Assembly: GCA_002269645.1 (NCBI GenBank) | Contig: NIVC01003180.1 | Span: 1-60,783, forward strand | Source of the DNA: Macrostomum lignano | Taxonomy: Eukaryota | Length of the DNA: 60,783 bases | Reading direction: 5' to 3' | Shown: positions 24,391 to 37,193 of the stretch, piece after piece | Position numbering within the stretch: position 1 is the stretch's first letter | How the letters are laid out: each line of letters opens with the position of its first letter | Translations under genes and position numbers: made by a program | Notes under the pieces: generated by a model | What the model was told of the DNA's origin: nothing | The model's database searches: none | What the model saw: the letters and a program-made list of their open reading frames with translations, nothing else

Positions 24391-27034
24391 TATACACAGC
24401 TTATAAATTCGCCAGCTGATTAGGTTTTGGTTATCATGGTGTCTATCGTTTTCGTTACATCTACTCTGTCCTTGCACTAAAATTGCATAAATTTTTCTTC
24501 GTAAGTCTCAACCTCGAACTTCCAAGCCTCGACCCCTAGGAAACCGTTTTGAGTAGTTTTCTGTTCACCATCAATCTGTTACAAATTGGTTCCTTGTGTT
24601 TGCTTTCTCTTCCCCCTTGGCCCTCGCTCTCCAGCACTTCCTCCAGCTGAGGCCTGGGGCCGTTCTGTATTTGCCAGCCTCTCCACTCGCCTGTGCTCAG
24701 TTTGGTCTTGTTTACCGCTAGAAATTAGAGTTCAACATACACAAGTACATTAAACAGGGGGCCAACCCACAAGGCACAGAGTGTACATGCCTGAGGATTA
24801 GAAAGTCACAAGGGTCGCTGTGCCAGCAGTCCTTGTGCAATCACCTACACTAAACAGTGGCTTCGGTGCAGTGCAGGCTCGACAGAAGGCGAGAGCAAAA
24901 TGCCAATTGCTTAGTCGTTCTGTTGGGGGTGCTCTTTTGCATCGGACTTTTTCCTCCCGTTGCCATTCATTCCCTCCGTGTTGTTCCGCATCAGAGTACT
25001 CGCGCTTATTTTCCTGGAATGCGTTCGCCCTCTCGCTGCTTCTGTCCTGCCCCTCTGTTTTCTGCTTTCTTGTCTTTCTCGGAATTTTTGCTTCCTTATC
25101 TTTTATCCTGCAGCCGGGCAGTCCATTCCCCTGTTCACCTATCAGTGTTTAGCAGTTCAGCTAGTTAGAGGCCTGTAAGGGAAACTCTGCCGCATTGTTG
25201 CATTGCAATTTGTTCTCACGGCTTTACCCTTCTGCTCTATTGTTATTAACTGTGTTGCCATGCAATTTTCAGTTGTACTCAGTCAAGCCCTTGCTTGCAG
25301 CTCTCCCTCTGTCACCCACCCCCTCCTCTACTTACTAAGCGAGAACTTCTTATGGCATCATAAAAAACCGGGGAACCAGGCTAAAAAAAACTTCTGCATT
25401 CAGTGGAGGTGTTGATTAAACTGGTTGAGTCTACAGGCTTAAGGCGGGCGCGCTGGAGACGGGGGTAGCAGGGCCAGGACTCTGTCTCCTCACCCTATAG
25501 GAGGCCATCTCTGTAGCAACTGTTTTTGGCACCCTGCCAAGTCAATAAAAGTTTTAGCGCATAGATTGATCATTGTGAGCTTCTGTGCGTGGGATTATTT
25601 TAGGGAGAGCTGAGCTAAGATGGTTAGTGGTTCAAGTTATCAGGGAAAGCAACCATATTAAAATTTAAAATTTTGCAAGATTTTCTACATCAATGCGACC
25701 TAAAAAGATTTGTTTTAGCATTGCTCAAACGGTTTCTTAGAATCTCGTCGAAACCCTGTGATTTCTTAGAAATATCCAAATATTCTTAGAATCACCAGAA
25801 AGGATTTTGGAAAAATCTTGACATACTTCCTAGAGCTTTAAAATCCCTTTTAAAAATTTCTTGGAGTGAACTTTTCTTAAATTCCTAGAATCCCCCTAGA
25901 ATGCACTTTAAAATGAAACTATCTTTACAGGTGACAACAACCAGGTGCACTTTCAATAGAAAAATGGTGGGTGTTAAAATGGCCAAAGCTATTGACAGCA
26001 CTGGTCGCACTGGTTGGCGGCCACAGGTTGAGGGGGAGGGCGGAGTTCGGCCAGTTTTTGACACTGGATAGAGGGAGAGACAGGCAGCGATTGCGACAGA
26101 AATCCCCTGCAGAAATATATCCCATTCCCATTCGACTTGCCTCTTGGGAGGGAAGTCCGGCGTGGGAGATACGCGCGGGAAATAGCGGCCCCCCATCAGC
26201 CTGTGCTGCGTGGGATTTCTCCCCTGACAAGGGAAGGCCGAAGCCGCGGCTTCAGTCGGAGGCTTTGGGGGAGGGCACTGGAGAAGCTGGACGGGAAAAT
26301 AGCTGGTGAGGATTTTGAAAGCGGGGATAGAGTGAGGATGAGGAGGAAAGGATTCTGTGCTTTCCTCTTCCCCGGTTTTCATCTCGGCCAACGGTCTGTT
26401 CTCCCTTTCGCTCATCAGCTCCTCTCTAGCCGGCTTCTATCTGTAGCCAAGGACTTCTAGGAAATAAATAAGCTATCTGGAATGGAAACTCACTAAAAAC
26501 TTCAGTTGCAGCCGTATTTTATTAAGCATATTTTGTCTGTCGCATTAAGACTCATTCATCTGACTAAAATGTCAGATTTAATGTTTTTTTAAAAATTAGC
26601 GAATCTACCCAGTTCAGTTTCCATTCCGGTTATCTTTTTCTAAAAGTCCATGCCGCTGCCTTCGGCGTCTCTCTTCCTCCCTCTCCTCCCCTTCTGTGTC
26701 CCTCATCTCGTTTCGTATTCGCGAGCCAGTCCAGGGGGTTGGGGGTGGGGAGGTTCAACCAAACAGTGACGCCCGGGCTGAGGGTGTTGAGGACTGCGCC
26801 AGTGAAGGCCTGAACTGTTTTTGCCCGAAAGAGAGAGAGGGAAGAAAAGCCGATATCGCCGATTTTGGGCTGCTGACTGAAAGCGAATTTAAAGAAGTTT
26901 TCTTATTTAATACATTGAGACGCGCTAAATAAGAAGCACGGATGACAGAGGCGTAGTTTTACTATTATAGCCTGACTGCATCGGGCAGAAGACAATCCGC
27001 TTGAATTCACTGACTGCCGATTTCCGTGTTGCAG

Positions 27035-27132
27035 AATGTCTGCCCTGCATCAGGCCGCCTTCAATGGCAACCTGGCTATCATGCAAGTGCTGCTGGAGAA
27101 CGAATCAGCTGTTGACCTGCAAGACTCTCGAG
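27035..27132 (+). CDS. CASKIN: Caskin exon 3 (ankyrin repeat)
   Basis: TTGCAG|A...CGAG|GTGAG, MSALHQAAFNGNLAIMQVLLENESAVDLQDSRG. Confidence 0.93.
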
Positions 27133-27189
27133 GTGAGAATTGCTTGCCTTTAAACGTTCGGGACTGTTTTCTAAGAATAAGGGCCGGAC

Positions 27190-28557
27190 TAGGTCCTTAA
27201 GAATCGCCCCAATAGGTCCTTAAGAATCGCCCCAACAGGTCCTCAAGAATCGCCCCAACAGGTCCTCAATAATCGCCCCAACAGGTCCTGAAGAATCGCC
27301 CCAACAGGTCCTGAAGAATCGCCTCGACAGGTCCTGAAGAATCGCCCCAACAGGTCCTGAAGAATCGCCCCAACAGGTCTTTAAGAATCGCCCCATAAGG
27401 TCCTCAAGAATCGCCTTAAAAGATCTTGAAGAATCGCCCCAAGAAAATCCTGAAAATCGCCCCAACAAAAGCCCGAGAATCGTCCCAACTAAAGCCCGAG
27501 AATCGCCCCAACAAAAGCCCGAGAATCGTCCCAACAAAAGCCCGAGAATCGCCCCAACAAAAGCCCGAGAATCGCCCCAAGAAAATCCTGAAAATCGCCC
27601 CAACAAAAGCCCGAGAATCGCCCCAACAAAAGCCCGAGAATCGCCCCAACAAAAGCCCGAGAATCGCCCCAACAAAAGCCCGAGAATCGCCCCAACAAAA
27701 GCCCGAGAATCGTCCCAACAAAAGCCCGAGAATCGTCCCAACAAAAGCCCGAGAATCGCCCCAACAAAAGCACGAGAATCGCCCGAAGAAAATCCTGAAA
27801 ATCGCCCCAACAAAAGCCCGAGAATCGTCCCAACAAAAGCCCGAGAATCGCCCCAACAAAAGCCCGAGAATCGCCCGAAGAAAATCCTGAAAATCGCCCC
27901 AACAAAAGCCCGAGAATCGTCCCAACAAAAGCCCGAGAATCGCCCGAAGAAAATCCTGAAAATCGCCCCAACAAAAGCCCGAGAATCGCCCCAACAAAAG
28001 CCCGAGAATCGCCCGAAGAAAATCCTGAAAATCGCCCCAACAAAAGCCCGAGAATCGCCCCAACAAAAGCCCGAGAATCGCCCCAACAAAAGCCCGAGAA
28101 TCGCCCCAACAAAAGCCCGAGAATCGTCCCAACAAAAGCCCGAGAATCGTCCCAACAAAAGCCCGAGAATCGCCCCAACAAAAGCACGAGAATCGCCCGA
28201 AGAAAATCCTGAAAATCGCCCCAACAAAAGCCCGAGAATCGTCCCAACAAAAGCCCGAGAATCGCCCCAACAAAAGCCCGAGAATCGCCCGAAGAAAATC
28301 CTGAAAATCGCCCCAACAAAAGCCCGAGAATCGTCCCAACAAAAGCCCGAGAATCGCCCGAAGAAAATCCTGAGAATCGCCCCAACAAAAGCCCGAGAAT
28401 CGCCCCAACAAAAGCCCGAGAATCGCCCGAAGAAAATCCTGAAAATCGCCCCAACAAAAGCCCGAGAATCGTCCCAACAAAAGCCCGAGAATCGTCCCAA
28501 CAAAAGCCCGAGAATCGCCCCAACAAAAGCCCGAGAATCGCCCCAGCAAAAGCCTAA
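27190..28557. repeat. 23-bp minisatellite with variant units and higher-order structure, intron 3
   Basis: Core GAATCGCCCCAA followed by CAGGTCCTGAA, CAAAAGCCCGA or GAAAATCCTGA variants. Confidence 0.95.
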
Positions 28558-29057
28558 GAAGCGCCCTATGGCCAGTTACCCTGCAAGAGGCGCATGCGTA
28601 CTTCAGGAAAGAATTTTAGCAGATTTCCATTCCATATTAATTGCTAAATTATTGATACGCTTCCCGCACTTTAAATCTGATTTTACAGCCGCCGGGATGC
28701 GGGCAAAAGTTTTACAGGTGTAGGCATTATTTATTAATTTCGCAGCTTCGGTTCCGGCTTCAGTTAGGTACGGATGGAATGAATTTAATGTGAAGAGTAA
28801 ATAAGATCTGGGTTGCTATGCAAAGTAGTGATTGAAGTGGAAAATTCCCATTTCAATTCCATTAGCGTCTGGGCTTTCATTTTGGCCGGCTAACTTTTTC
28901 TCAGATTTAAATCTAGCTCTGGGACTTCTCCCCCAGGGTCGGGTTTGTACTTTTCAGACTTAATTAGGCATATCAGATTAGTGTGGAAGATGATATATAA
29001 CTAGGTATGTTCGAGTATTTTTTATAGCAATGGGGTATGTATACTACAGTATGTTAT

Positions 29058-29098
<41 letters not shown>

Positions 29099-29185
29099 GT
29101 CTGTCTGTCTCTCTCTGTATGTATCTGTCTGTCTGTCTGTCTGTCTGTCTGTGTCTGTCTGTCTCTCTCTGTATGTATGTATGTA

Positions 29186-29236
<51 letters not shown>
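29058..29236. repeat. (TCTG)n microsatellite, intron 3
   Basis: Direct reading. It ends about 20 nt before the exon 4 acceptor. Confidence 0.9.
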
Positions 29237-29237
<1 letters not shown>

Positions 29238-29259
29238 CATGTCCCCTCTGCTTCTCCAG

Positions 29260-29405
29260 GTCTCCGCCCGCTGCACGTGGCCAGCTTCCAGGGTCACTTT
29301 GAGGCTGTGCACCTGCTGCTGAAGTGGCACAGCTGCGTGAATTCGGTCGCTCTGGGCGCCCTGACTCCTCTGCACCTGGCCTGCCAGGCCGGCCACTACG
29401 ACGTG
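29260..29405 (+). CDS. CASKIN: Caskin exon 4 (ankyrin repeats)
   Basis: CTCCAG|GT...GACGTG|GTTAGT, GLRPLHVASFQGH...TPLHLACQAGHYDV. Confidence 0.95.
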
Positions 29406-29503
29406 GTTAGTGTGCTCACTTCCTCGCTTAAAATGTCTCTTTATCATCCAGCTGTTATGTTAGTGTCAGTGTTATCCGCACCTCCCATCCCGGAACTGTG
29501 CAG

Positions 29504-29599
29504 GTGAAGCTGCTCCTGTGCAACAATGCCAACCCCATGCTGCGCGCCGATGACGGCCGATCCGCCTTTGACGTGGCCTGCGAGTTCGGCCGCTACACA
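29504..29599 (+). CDS. CASKIN: Caskin exon 5
   Basis: TGCAG|GTG...TACACA|GTAAGT, VKLLLCNNANPMLRADDGRSAFDVACEFGRYT (Caskin-diagnostic D-x-A-C-E-F-G-R). Confidence 0.95.
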
Positions 29600-29639
29600 G
29601 TAAGTGGGGCCGTTTTTTTGAGCAATTTGCTAGTGCGTT

Positions 29640-30925
29640 TGGGTCAGATGAGTCAGAGCTGTGTCAGTGGATTAGTGTATTTGTGGGTCAGGTGGGTCAG
29701 GTCTGTGTGCAGTAGATCAGTGTGTTTGTGGGTCAGGTCTGTGTGTCAGTGGATCAGTGTGTTTGTGGGTCAGGTCTGTGTGTCAGTGGATCAGTGTGTT
29801 TGTGGGTCAAGTGGGTCAGGTCTGTGTGCAGTGGATCAGTGTGTTTGTGGGTCAGGTCTGTGTGTCAGTGGATCAGTGTGTTTGTGGGTCAAGTGGGTCA
29901 GGTCTGTGTGTCAGTGGATCAGTGTGTTTGTGGGTCAGGTCTGTGTGTCAGTGGATCAGTGTGTTTGTGGGTCAGGTCTGTGTCAGTGGATCAGTGTGTT
30001 TGTGGGTCAGGTCTGTGTCAGTGGATCAGTGTGTTTGTGGGTCAGGTCTGTGTGTCAGTGGATCAGTGTGTTTGTGGGTCAGGTCTGTGTGTCAGTGGAT
30101 CAGTGTGTTTGTGGGTCAAGTGGGTCAGGTCTGTGTGCAGTGGATCAGTGTGTTTGTGGGTCAGGTCTGTGTGTCAGTGGTTCAGTGTGTTTGTGGGTCA
30201 GGTCTGTGTCAGTGGATCAGTGTGTTTGTGGGTCAGGTCTGTGTCAGTGGATCAGTGTGTTTGTGGGTCAGGTCTGTGTCAGTGGATCAGTGTGTTTGTG
30301 GGTCAGGTGGGTCAGGTCTGTGTGTCAGTGGTTCAGTGTGTTTGTGGGTCAGGTCTGTGTCAGTGGATCAGTGTGTTTGTGGGTCAGGTCTGTGTCAGTG
30401 GATCAGTGTGTTTGTGGGTCAAGTGGGTCAGGTCTGTGTGTCAGTGGATCAGTGTGTTTGTGAGTCAGGTCTGTGTGTCAGTGGATCAGTGTGTTTGTGG
30501 GTCAGGTGGGTCAGGTCTGTGTGTCAGTGGATCAGTGTGTTTGTGGGTCAGGTCTGTGTCAGTGGATCAGGTGGATTAGTGTGTATCCACACACACTAGT
30601 CAGTGGATCAGTGTGTTTGTGGGTCAGGTGGGTCAGGTCTGTGTGCAGTGGATCAGTGTGTTTGTGGGTCAGGTGGGTCAGGTCTGTGTGCAGTGGATCA
30701 GTGTGTTAGTGGGTCAAGTGGGTCAGGTCTGTGTGCAGTGGATCAGTGTGTTTGTGGGTCATGTCTGTGTGTCAGTGGATTAGTGTGTTTGTGGGTCAGG
30801 TCTGTGTGTCAGTGGATCAGTGTGTTTGTGGGTCAGGTCTGTGTGTCGGTGGATCAGTGTGTTTGTGGGTCAGGTCTGTGTGCAGTGGATCAGTGTACTC
30901 GTATTTGCGGGTCAGGTGGGTCAGG
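29640..30925. repeat. ~37-bp GT-rich minisatellite (GTGGGTCAGGTCTGTGTGTCAGTGGATCAGTGTGTTT), intron 5
   Basis: About 33 units with 35-bp and ~46-bp length variants. Confidence 0.95.
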
Positions 30926-31023
30926 TCAGGATAAAAATTGGTCCGAATCTCCAAGCAACATTTCTTGGATTGCATGTGCAGAAGTCAATACAAACATTGG
31001 TTCCCTAACACTGCAATCGCCAG

Positions 31024-31196
31024 ATTGTGCAGCTCCTCATGTCGCTCAAATCTGTTACCGGGCTGCTATTCGAGGACGCCGAGTATTTTCCCCAGCACAG
31101 TCCGCACCGCTCTGCCGCCTCCGAGCAGCAGGGCTACCGGCGGCCGCCTTCCTGCCTTCATCTGGCCGCCAAAAATGGCCACACCGATGTGCTCAG
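31024..31196 (+). CDS. CASKIN: Caskin exon 6
   Basis: GCCAG|ATT...CTCAG|GTGAGT, IVQLLMS...SCLHLAAKNGHTDVLR (cf. PLHLAAKNGHIDIIR). Confidence 0.93.
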
Positions 31197-31278
31197 GTGA
31201 GTCCGGAGTCCTTGTGTGAAGGACTGTCTTGTACTTTTATTTTAGTAATTCACGGCTGCTAATATTTTCATTTTAAAG

Positions 31279-31363
31279 GCTTCTGCTGAGCCAGCCGGGT
31301 GTCAACGTGAACCGGGTCACCGAGCAGGGCAGCTGCTTGCACATGAACGGCGTTCTGCTTGAG
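31279..31363 (+). CDS. CASKIN: Caskin exon 7 (internally duplicated, damaged ankyrin repeat)
   Basis: TAAAG|G...CTTGAG|[33 protein letters not shown]. Phase fits exon 8, but the repeat lacks its central helix-turn. A partial duplicate follows at 31377-31460. Confidence 0.6.
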
Positions 31364-31472
31364 GTGAGGCGGGTGCGTGAACCGGGTCACCGAGCACAGC
31401 TGCTTGCACATGACTACGGCCACGTGGAGGCCACCAACTTGAGGTGAGCGGCGGGTGCTGATGACACACGTA

Positions 31473-31865
<393 letters not shown>

Positions 31866-32677
31866 GCAGACAGCCACACACAGATGCTCGCCAGTTTATT
31901 TACCCCTAGCCAAATCAGCAAATTTTATGTCAGCTCTGTATGCTTGCACTTCAACTCTCAGCTTCATTCGTCCGTAAAAGATCTGATCTAACTGGCCTCT
32001 CTTCCTGTATAGAGCTTTGCCTACAGTGCAATCAAGCTGCTGCTCTCAAGTCTTGCACTGCATTTCCTAATGCACAATATGCTTGTGCTGTGTTTTTTGT
32101 CTCCAGTTCCAATCTGCTGCTTATATCTACATGTAGCTGAGAGCTGAGAGAGGCGCAGCCCCAAGTCAGTCAGTCAGTCATTTTATCGCGACCTTAAGAG
32201 TTCACCGCAGTATTTGACATATACAATACAATAGACATGAAGTGTGCTTTATATGTATACTGATAAGAAGGCCAGCTTTTCGGGTGAGGGTGGGGGGGTC
32301 TAATTTTTTATTGGGGCCTTTTTTGGCCAGTTGGGGTTGCCGCTCGGTCACCACCCCAAAGCCTGGGCGTGCAGCTCATATATGAGTATTGCAAATGCAG
32401 TAGCCAGAATTGAGAGCACCAAAGACTCAATATATTCGTAATTCTAAGAAAAAGCAAGAAAAAATTATGGATCATCAACTAGATTTGAGCTCGCTGCCGC
32501 CGCCTCCGCCTGAGTTCTTTCTTGATAACTTTGATAATGATGAAGAATTCATATTTAGCAACAGTAACTGCAAGGATTATAACTGTACTATTAAAGTGAG
32601 AGGGATCTTGCATGCTCTCTACTTTCCCAATCGGATTAAACTAATTCGTGTCCCCCACTGAATTCCCCAATTTGCAG

Positions 32678-32780
32678 CAGGGCATCGACCCGGGCCTGAC
32701 CAACGCCCACGGCCGCACCGCCAAGGAGGTGATCGCCAGGGACACTCCGTTTGCCCGCGAGCTGCACCAGATCCTCTATG
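32678..32780 (+). CDS. CASKIN: Caskin exon 8
   Basis: NAGNAG acceptor TTTGCAG|CAG|GGC, QGIDPGLTNAHGRTAKEVI...ELHQILY, donor G|GTGAGT. Confidence 0.88.
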
Positions 32781-32888
32781 GTGAGTGGCGTGGCTTGATC
32801 TTAATGACTCTTTCTCTTGGGCTCGCTTGTTTGCCTAAGACTAACAGTCGGAGGGAGAAATCTTAACCTGAGCCACTAGCTGGGCCTA

Positions 32889-33166
32889 AGTTGCAGGGCC
32901 AGCCTCCCAGACCCCCAGTTGCTGGGCCAGCCTCCCAGATCCTCAGTTGCTGGGCCAGCCTCCCAGATCCCCAGTTGCTGGGCCAGCCTCCCAGATCCTC
33001 AGTTGCTGGGCCAGCCTCCCGGATCCCCTGTTGCTGGGCCAGCCTCCCAGACCCCCAGTTGCTGGGCCAGCCTCCCGGATCCCCTGTTGCTGGGCCAGCC
33101 TCCCAGATCCCCAGTTGCTGGGCCAGCCTCCCGGATCCCCTGTTGCTGGGCCAGCCTCCCAGATCC
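32889..33166. repeat. 28-bp minisatellite, same family as the intron 2 array, intron 8
   Basis: GTTGCTGGGCCAGCCTCCC(A/G)GA(T/C)CCC units, about 10 copies, same orientation as 22275-23288. Confidence 0.93.
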
Positions 33167-33699
33167 CAGGCTTCAGTAGCACGACTCAGCACAAAATGCC
33201 TGCCATGCAAACCACAAAGCTTGCTGATTAACTCTGGCCAGTGTTCAGAATCCATACAAAATCCAACCCTGACCACGCAAGCTCGGTCAAATCCTAGTGC
33301 AAACTGTTGTAGCTGGGCTGTGGGCGTTGCCGGCACCTCGGGGATAATCTCCCACTCTGCTCCCAGTTGTCCCGGTTGCAGAGAATTTCTGACCTCATCT
33401 GCATAGCGAGAGACGAGAGATTCTCCGGGTGCAAGCAGCGCGATTTTAATTGCGGGTTAATTTTCACAAGCGCCGCACCGCCCCAACTCGGGTCATCCGA
33501 GGTCACGCGGATCAGACTGCGGACTATTTTAATCTTTATTCATCTTCAAAACTCGTTTTAACAATCAAATTTATGCTACTGGTGCACTCAGTAGTGTAAG
33601 TAGTTTTGATTGAAATATTAACAGTATTCCTGTGAAGACTTGCTTTTATAAGAATAAACGTCATTGCCAACTCAATTTACCGAGTTCATTCCGATGCTA

Positions 33700-35030
33700 T
33701 GACAGTAGTTTACCGAATTCCACTCGGAGTCCATGACTGTAGTTTACCGAATTCCCCTCCAATGCTATGACCGTAGTTTACCGAATTCCCCTCCGATGCT
33801 ATGACTGTAGTTTACCGAATTCCCCTCCGATGCTATGACTGTAGTTTACCGAATTCCCCTCCGATGCCATGACTGTAGTTTACCGAATTCCCCTCCAATG
33901 CTATGACCGTAGTTTACCGAATTCCCCTCCGATGCTATGACCGTAGTTTACCGAATTCCCCTCCGATGCTATGACTGTAGTTTACCGAATTCCCCTCCGA
34001 TGCTATGACCATAGTTTACCGAATTCCCCTCCGATGCTATGACCGTAGTTTACCGAATTCCCCTCCGATGCTATGACTGTAGTTTACCGAATTCCACTCG
34101 GAGTCCATGACTGTAGTTTACCGAATTCCCCTCGGATGCTATGACCATAGCTTACCGAATTCCCCTCCGATGCTATGACCGTAGTTTACCGAATTCCCCT
34201 CCGATGCTATGACCGTAGTTTACCGAATTCCACTCGGAGTCCATGACTGTAGTTTACCGAATTCCCCTCCGATGCTATGACCGTAGTTTACCGAATTCCA
34301 CTCGGAGTCCATGACTGTAGTTTACCGAATTCCCCTCCGATGCTATGACCGTAGTTTACCGAATTTCCCTCGGATGCTATGACTGCAGTTTACCGAATTC
34401 CCCTCCGATGCTATGACCGTAGTTTACCGAATTCCACTCGGAGTCCATGACTGTAGTTTACCGAATTTCCCTCGGATGCTATGACTGTAGTTTACCGAAT
34501 TCCCCTCCGATGCTATGACCGTAGTTTACCGAATTCCACTCGGAGTCCATGACTGTAGTTTACCGAATTCCCCTCCGATGCTATGACCGTAGTTTACCGA
34601 ATTCCACTCGGAGTCCATGACTGTAGTTTACCGAATTCCCCTCCGATGCTATGACCGTAGTTTACCGAATTCCACTCGGAGTCCATGACTGCAGTTTACC
34701 GAATTCCCCTCCGATGCTATGACTGTAGTTTACCGAATTCCCCTCCGATGCTTTGACCGTAGTTTACCGAATTCCCCTCCGATGCTATGACCGTAGTTTA
34801 CCAAATTCCCCTCCGATGCTATGACCGTAGTTTACCGAATTCCCCTCCGATGCTATGACCGTAGTTTACCAAATTCCCCTCCGATGCTATGACCGTAGTT
34901 TACCGAATTCCCCTCCGATGCTATGACCGTAGTTTACCAAATTCCCCTCCGATGCTATGACCGTAGTTTACCGAATTCCCCTCCGATGCTATGACCGTAG
35001 TTTACCGAATCCCCCCTCCTATGCTATGAC
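33700..35030. repeat. 34-bp minisatellite (GTAGTTTACCGAATTCCCCTCCGATGCTATGACC), intron 8
   Basis: About 39 units with two main variants (CCCCTCCGATGCT / CCACTCGGAGTCC). Confidence 0.95.
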
Positions 35031-35144
35031 CTTAGTTTTCCTCCAGGTCCAGATGCTATGAGCATTGTTTACCAAATTCCCCAGCTGTACTGAATTACAG
35101 CATTTTTCAATCGCCGATATGTATCGAAAATAAAATTGTCGCAG

Positions 35145-35578
35145 AGCGCATCTCCGCTGTCGCCGCTGTGGCCATCCGCGATTTCTGCAACCTGGCCGAC
35201 CCGCGTAGCATCGCATTCCGCGCCGGCGAGCATCTCACCGTGCTGGAGCGGACCAACGGCGACACCTGGAAGGGCTACGTGACCAGGGAGGGCCTCTCGA
35301 GGGCTGGCTACTTTCCCTGCTCCGCTGTGCGCTTGTTGGAGCAGCCGCAGCAACAGCAGCAGCAGCAACAGCATCAGCAGCGTCAGGATCCGCCAACCTG
35401 CCTATCTAGCAGTCTAATGCACCAGTCCCAGCCTCATCAGATGCCGCCAGTCTCGCAGTCGACTCCGGCTAGCAACGCGGCCGTATCGCCAACCTCGGGT
35501 AGCAACAATCGGAACAGCGCGGCCAGCCTGGACAGCGGCCGGAGCAGCTCGCACACGGCGACCAGTTCTGATACGAGG
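35145..35578 (+). CDS. CASKIN: Caskin exon 9 (SH3 domain plus poly-Q/Ser linker)
   Basis: GTCGCAG|AG. AVAIRDFCNLADPRSIAFRAGEHLTVLERTNGDTWKG...GYFP is an SH3 domain. Donor AGG|GTGAGA. Confidence 0.93.
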
Positions 35579-35667
35579 GTGAGAGAACGCTGGCAGTTTC
35601 TTAGAACTCGGTTTATTGGTTATTAGTCAATTGCAACAATAATCTCCCGTGCTTCTCTCAAACGCAG

Positions 35668-36415
35668 AGCGCCGTCGCCGTGACCGCCTCCGGTCCCTCC
35701 GGCCCCGCCGGCGCGAATTCTTCGACGGGCTCCGCTGCCGCAGCGGCCGCCGCCTCCGCCGGGACCATGTGTTCGCGAGTCTTGAACAGCGCGACTAACA
35801 CGCCACGTAGCGCCGCGGCACCGGCGGCCGCGAACGGATCTGTGGACTCCGGGCTCGGTCCGCACCGGCAGAGCATGGTGAGCACCTGCTCATCCGGCAG
35901 TCTGGGCAGCCTGCCAGACGACAACAGCTCGGCTGCGTCAGTGAGCTCTGGCGAGCTGCAGTACCAGCAGCAGCAGCAGCACGGCTGGCTGCGGGAGGAC
36001 TGGCGCAGTCTGACCAGCAGCCAGCAGCTGCACAGGTTCTTGGACTGGTGCCAGCTCGCCTGTTACCATCGCTCCATTGAGGAGGCCGGCTACGACCTCG
36101 CCACGCTGGTCCGCTGCACTCCGGAGGATCTCAATGCCGCCGGGGTCACCAACCCGCGGCACAGGAAGCGCCTGCGGTCCGACCTGGCGCGGCTTGGCCA
36201 GGCCATGCAGGCCGGCCAGGCGCCCGGCGGCCTGCCCGACCCTATTGAGGACGCCGTCTGCCTGACCGCCGATGCCGCCCTGACGGAACTCTGCTGCCGC
36301 CTGGGCCTGCCGGATACCGCCTCTGCCTGCCTGCGGCGTGCCGGCTTCCAGCTGGTTAGGGACCTCGGCCAGATGGCCTGGGAGGATCTGGAGGAGATCG
36401 GCATCAGCAGGCTGG
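35668..36415 (+). CDS. CASKIN: Caskin exon 10 (SAM1 and most of SAM2)
   Basis: ACGCAG|AGC. GYDLATLVRCTPEDLNAAGVTNPRHRKRL and MAWEDLEEIGISRL are tandem SAM domains. Donor G|GTAAG. Confidence 0.95.
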
Positions 36416-36443
36416 GTAAGGAGCGACATTTGAGCTGCCATCT

Positions 36444-36930
36444 CTAGTGAGAGCTGGGATCACCTATTTCTAGTGAGAGCTGGGATCATCCATTTCTAGT
36501 GAGAGCTGGGATCACCTATTTTTAGTGAGAGCTGGGATCACCTATTTCTAGTGAGAGCTGGGATTATCCATTTCTAGTGAGAGCTGTGTTCACCTATTTC
36601 TAGTGAGAGCTGGGATCACCTATTTATAGTGAGAGCTGGGATTATCCATTTCTAGTGAGAGCTGTGTTCACCTATTTCTAGTGAGAGCTGGGATCACCTA
36701 TTTCTAGTGAAAGCTGGGATCATCCATCTCTAGTGAGAGCTGGGATCACCTTTTTCTAGTGAGAGCTGGGATCACCTATTTCTAGTGAGAGCTGGGATCA
36801 CCTTTTTCTAGTGAGAGCTGGGATCATTCATTTCTAGTGAGAGCTGGGATCATCCATCTCTAGTGAAAGCTGGGATCACCTATTTCTAGTGAGAACTGGG
36901 ATCACCTATTTCTAGTGAGAACTGGGATCA
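36444..36930. repeat. 26-bp minisatellite (TAGTGAGAGCTGGGATCACCTATTTC), intron 10
   Basis: About 18 units, starting about 28 nt after the donor. Confidence 0.95.
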
Positions 36931-37004
36931 TTCTCAGCTAAAGCTTCTATTTAATTTCTCCTAGCGCAAGCATAACTACTTGGAAATTTATCCCGTCATC
37001 ACAG

Positions 37005-37193
37005 GTCACCAGAAGAAGCTGATGCTAGTCATCGACCGGCTCAGACGGCCAAGGCACGGGCCGGAATCTGACCAGCATCAGCCAGACCAACAGCAGGGGA
37101 CGCTGCGCAGACAGTCGGCAAAGAGCACCGTGTCCTGCGGCACCTGCACCAGCTCCGACTCCATTGCTGTGCAGCCGGACCCGTTCCTTGCAG
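37005..37193 (+). CDS. CASKIN: Caskin exon 11 (end of SAM2)
   Basis: ACAG|GT, GHQKKLMLVIDRLR (Caskin GHQKKLML). Donor GCAG|GTGAG. Confidence 0.93.
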
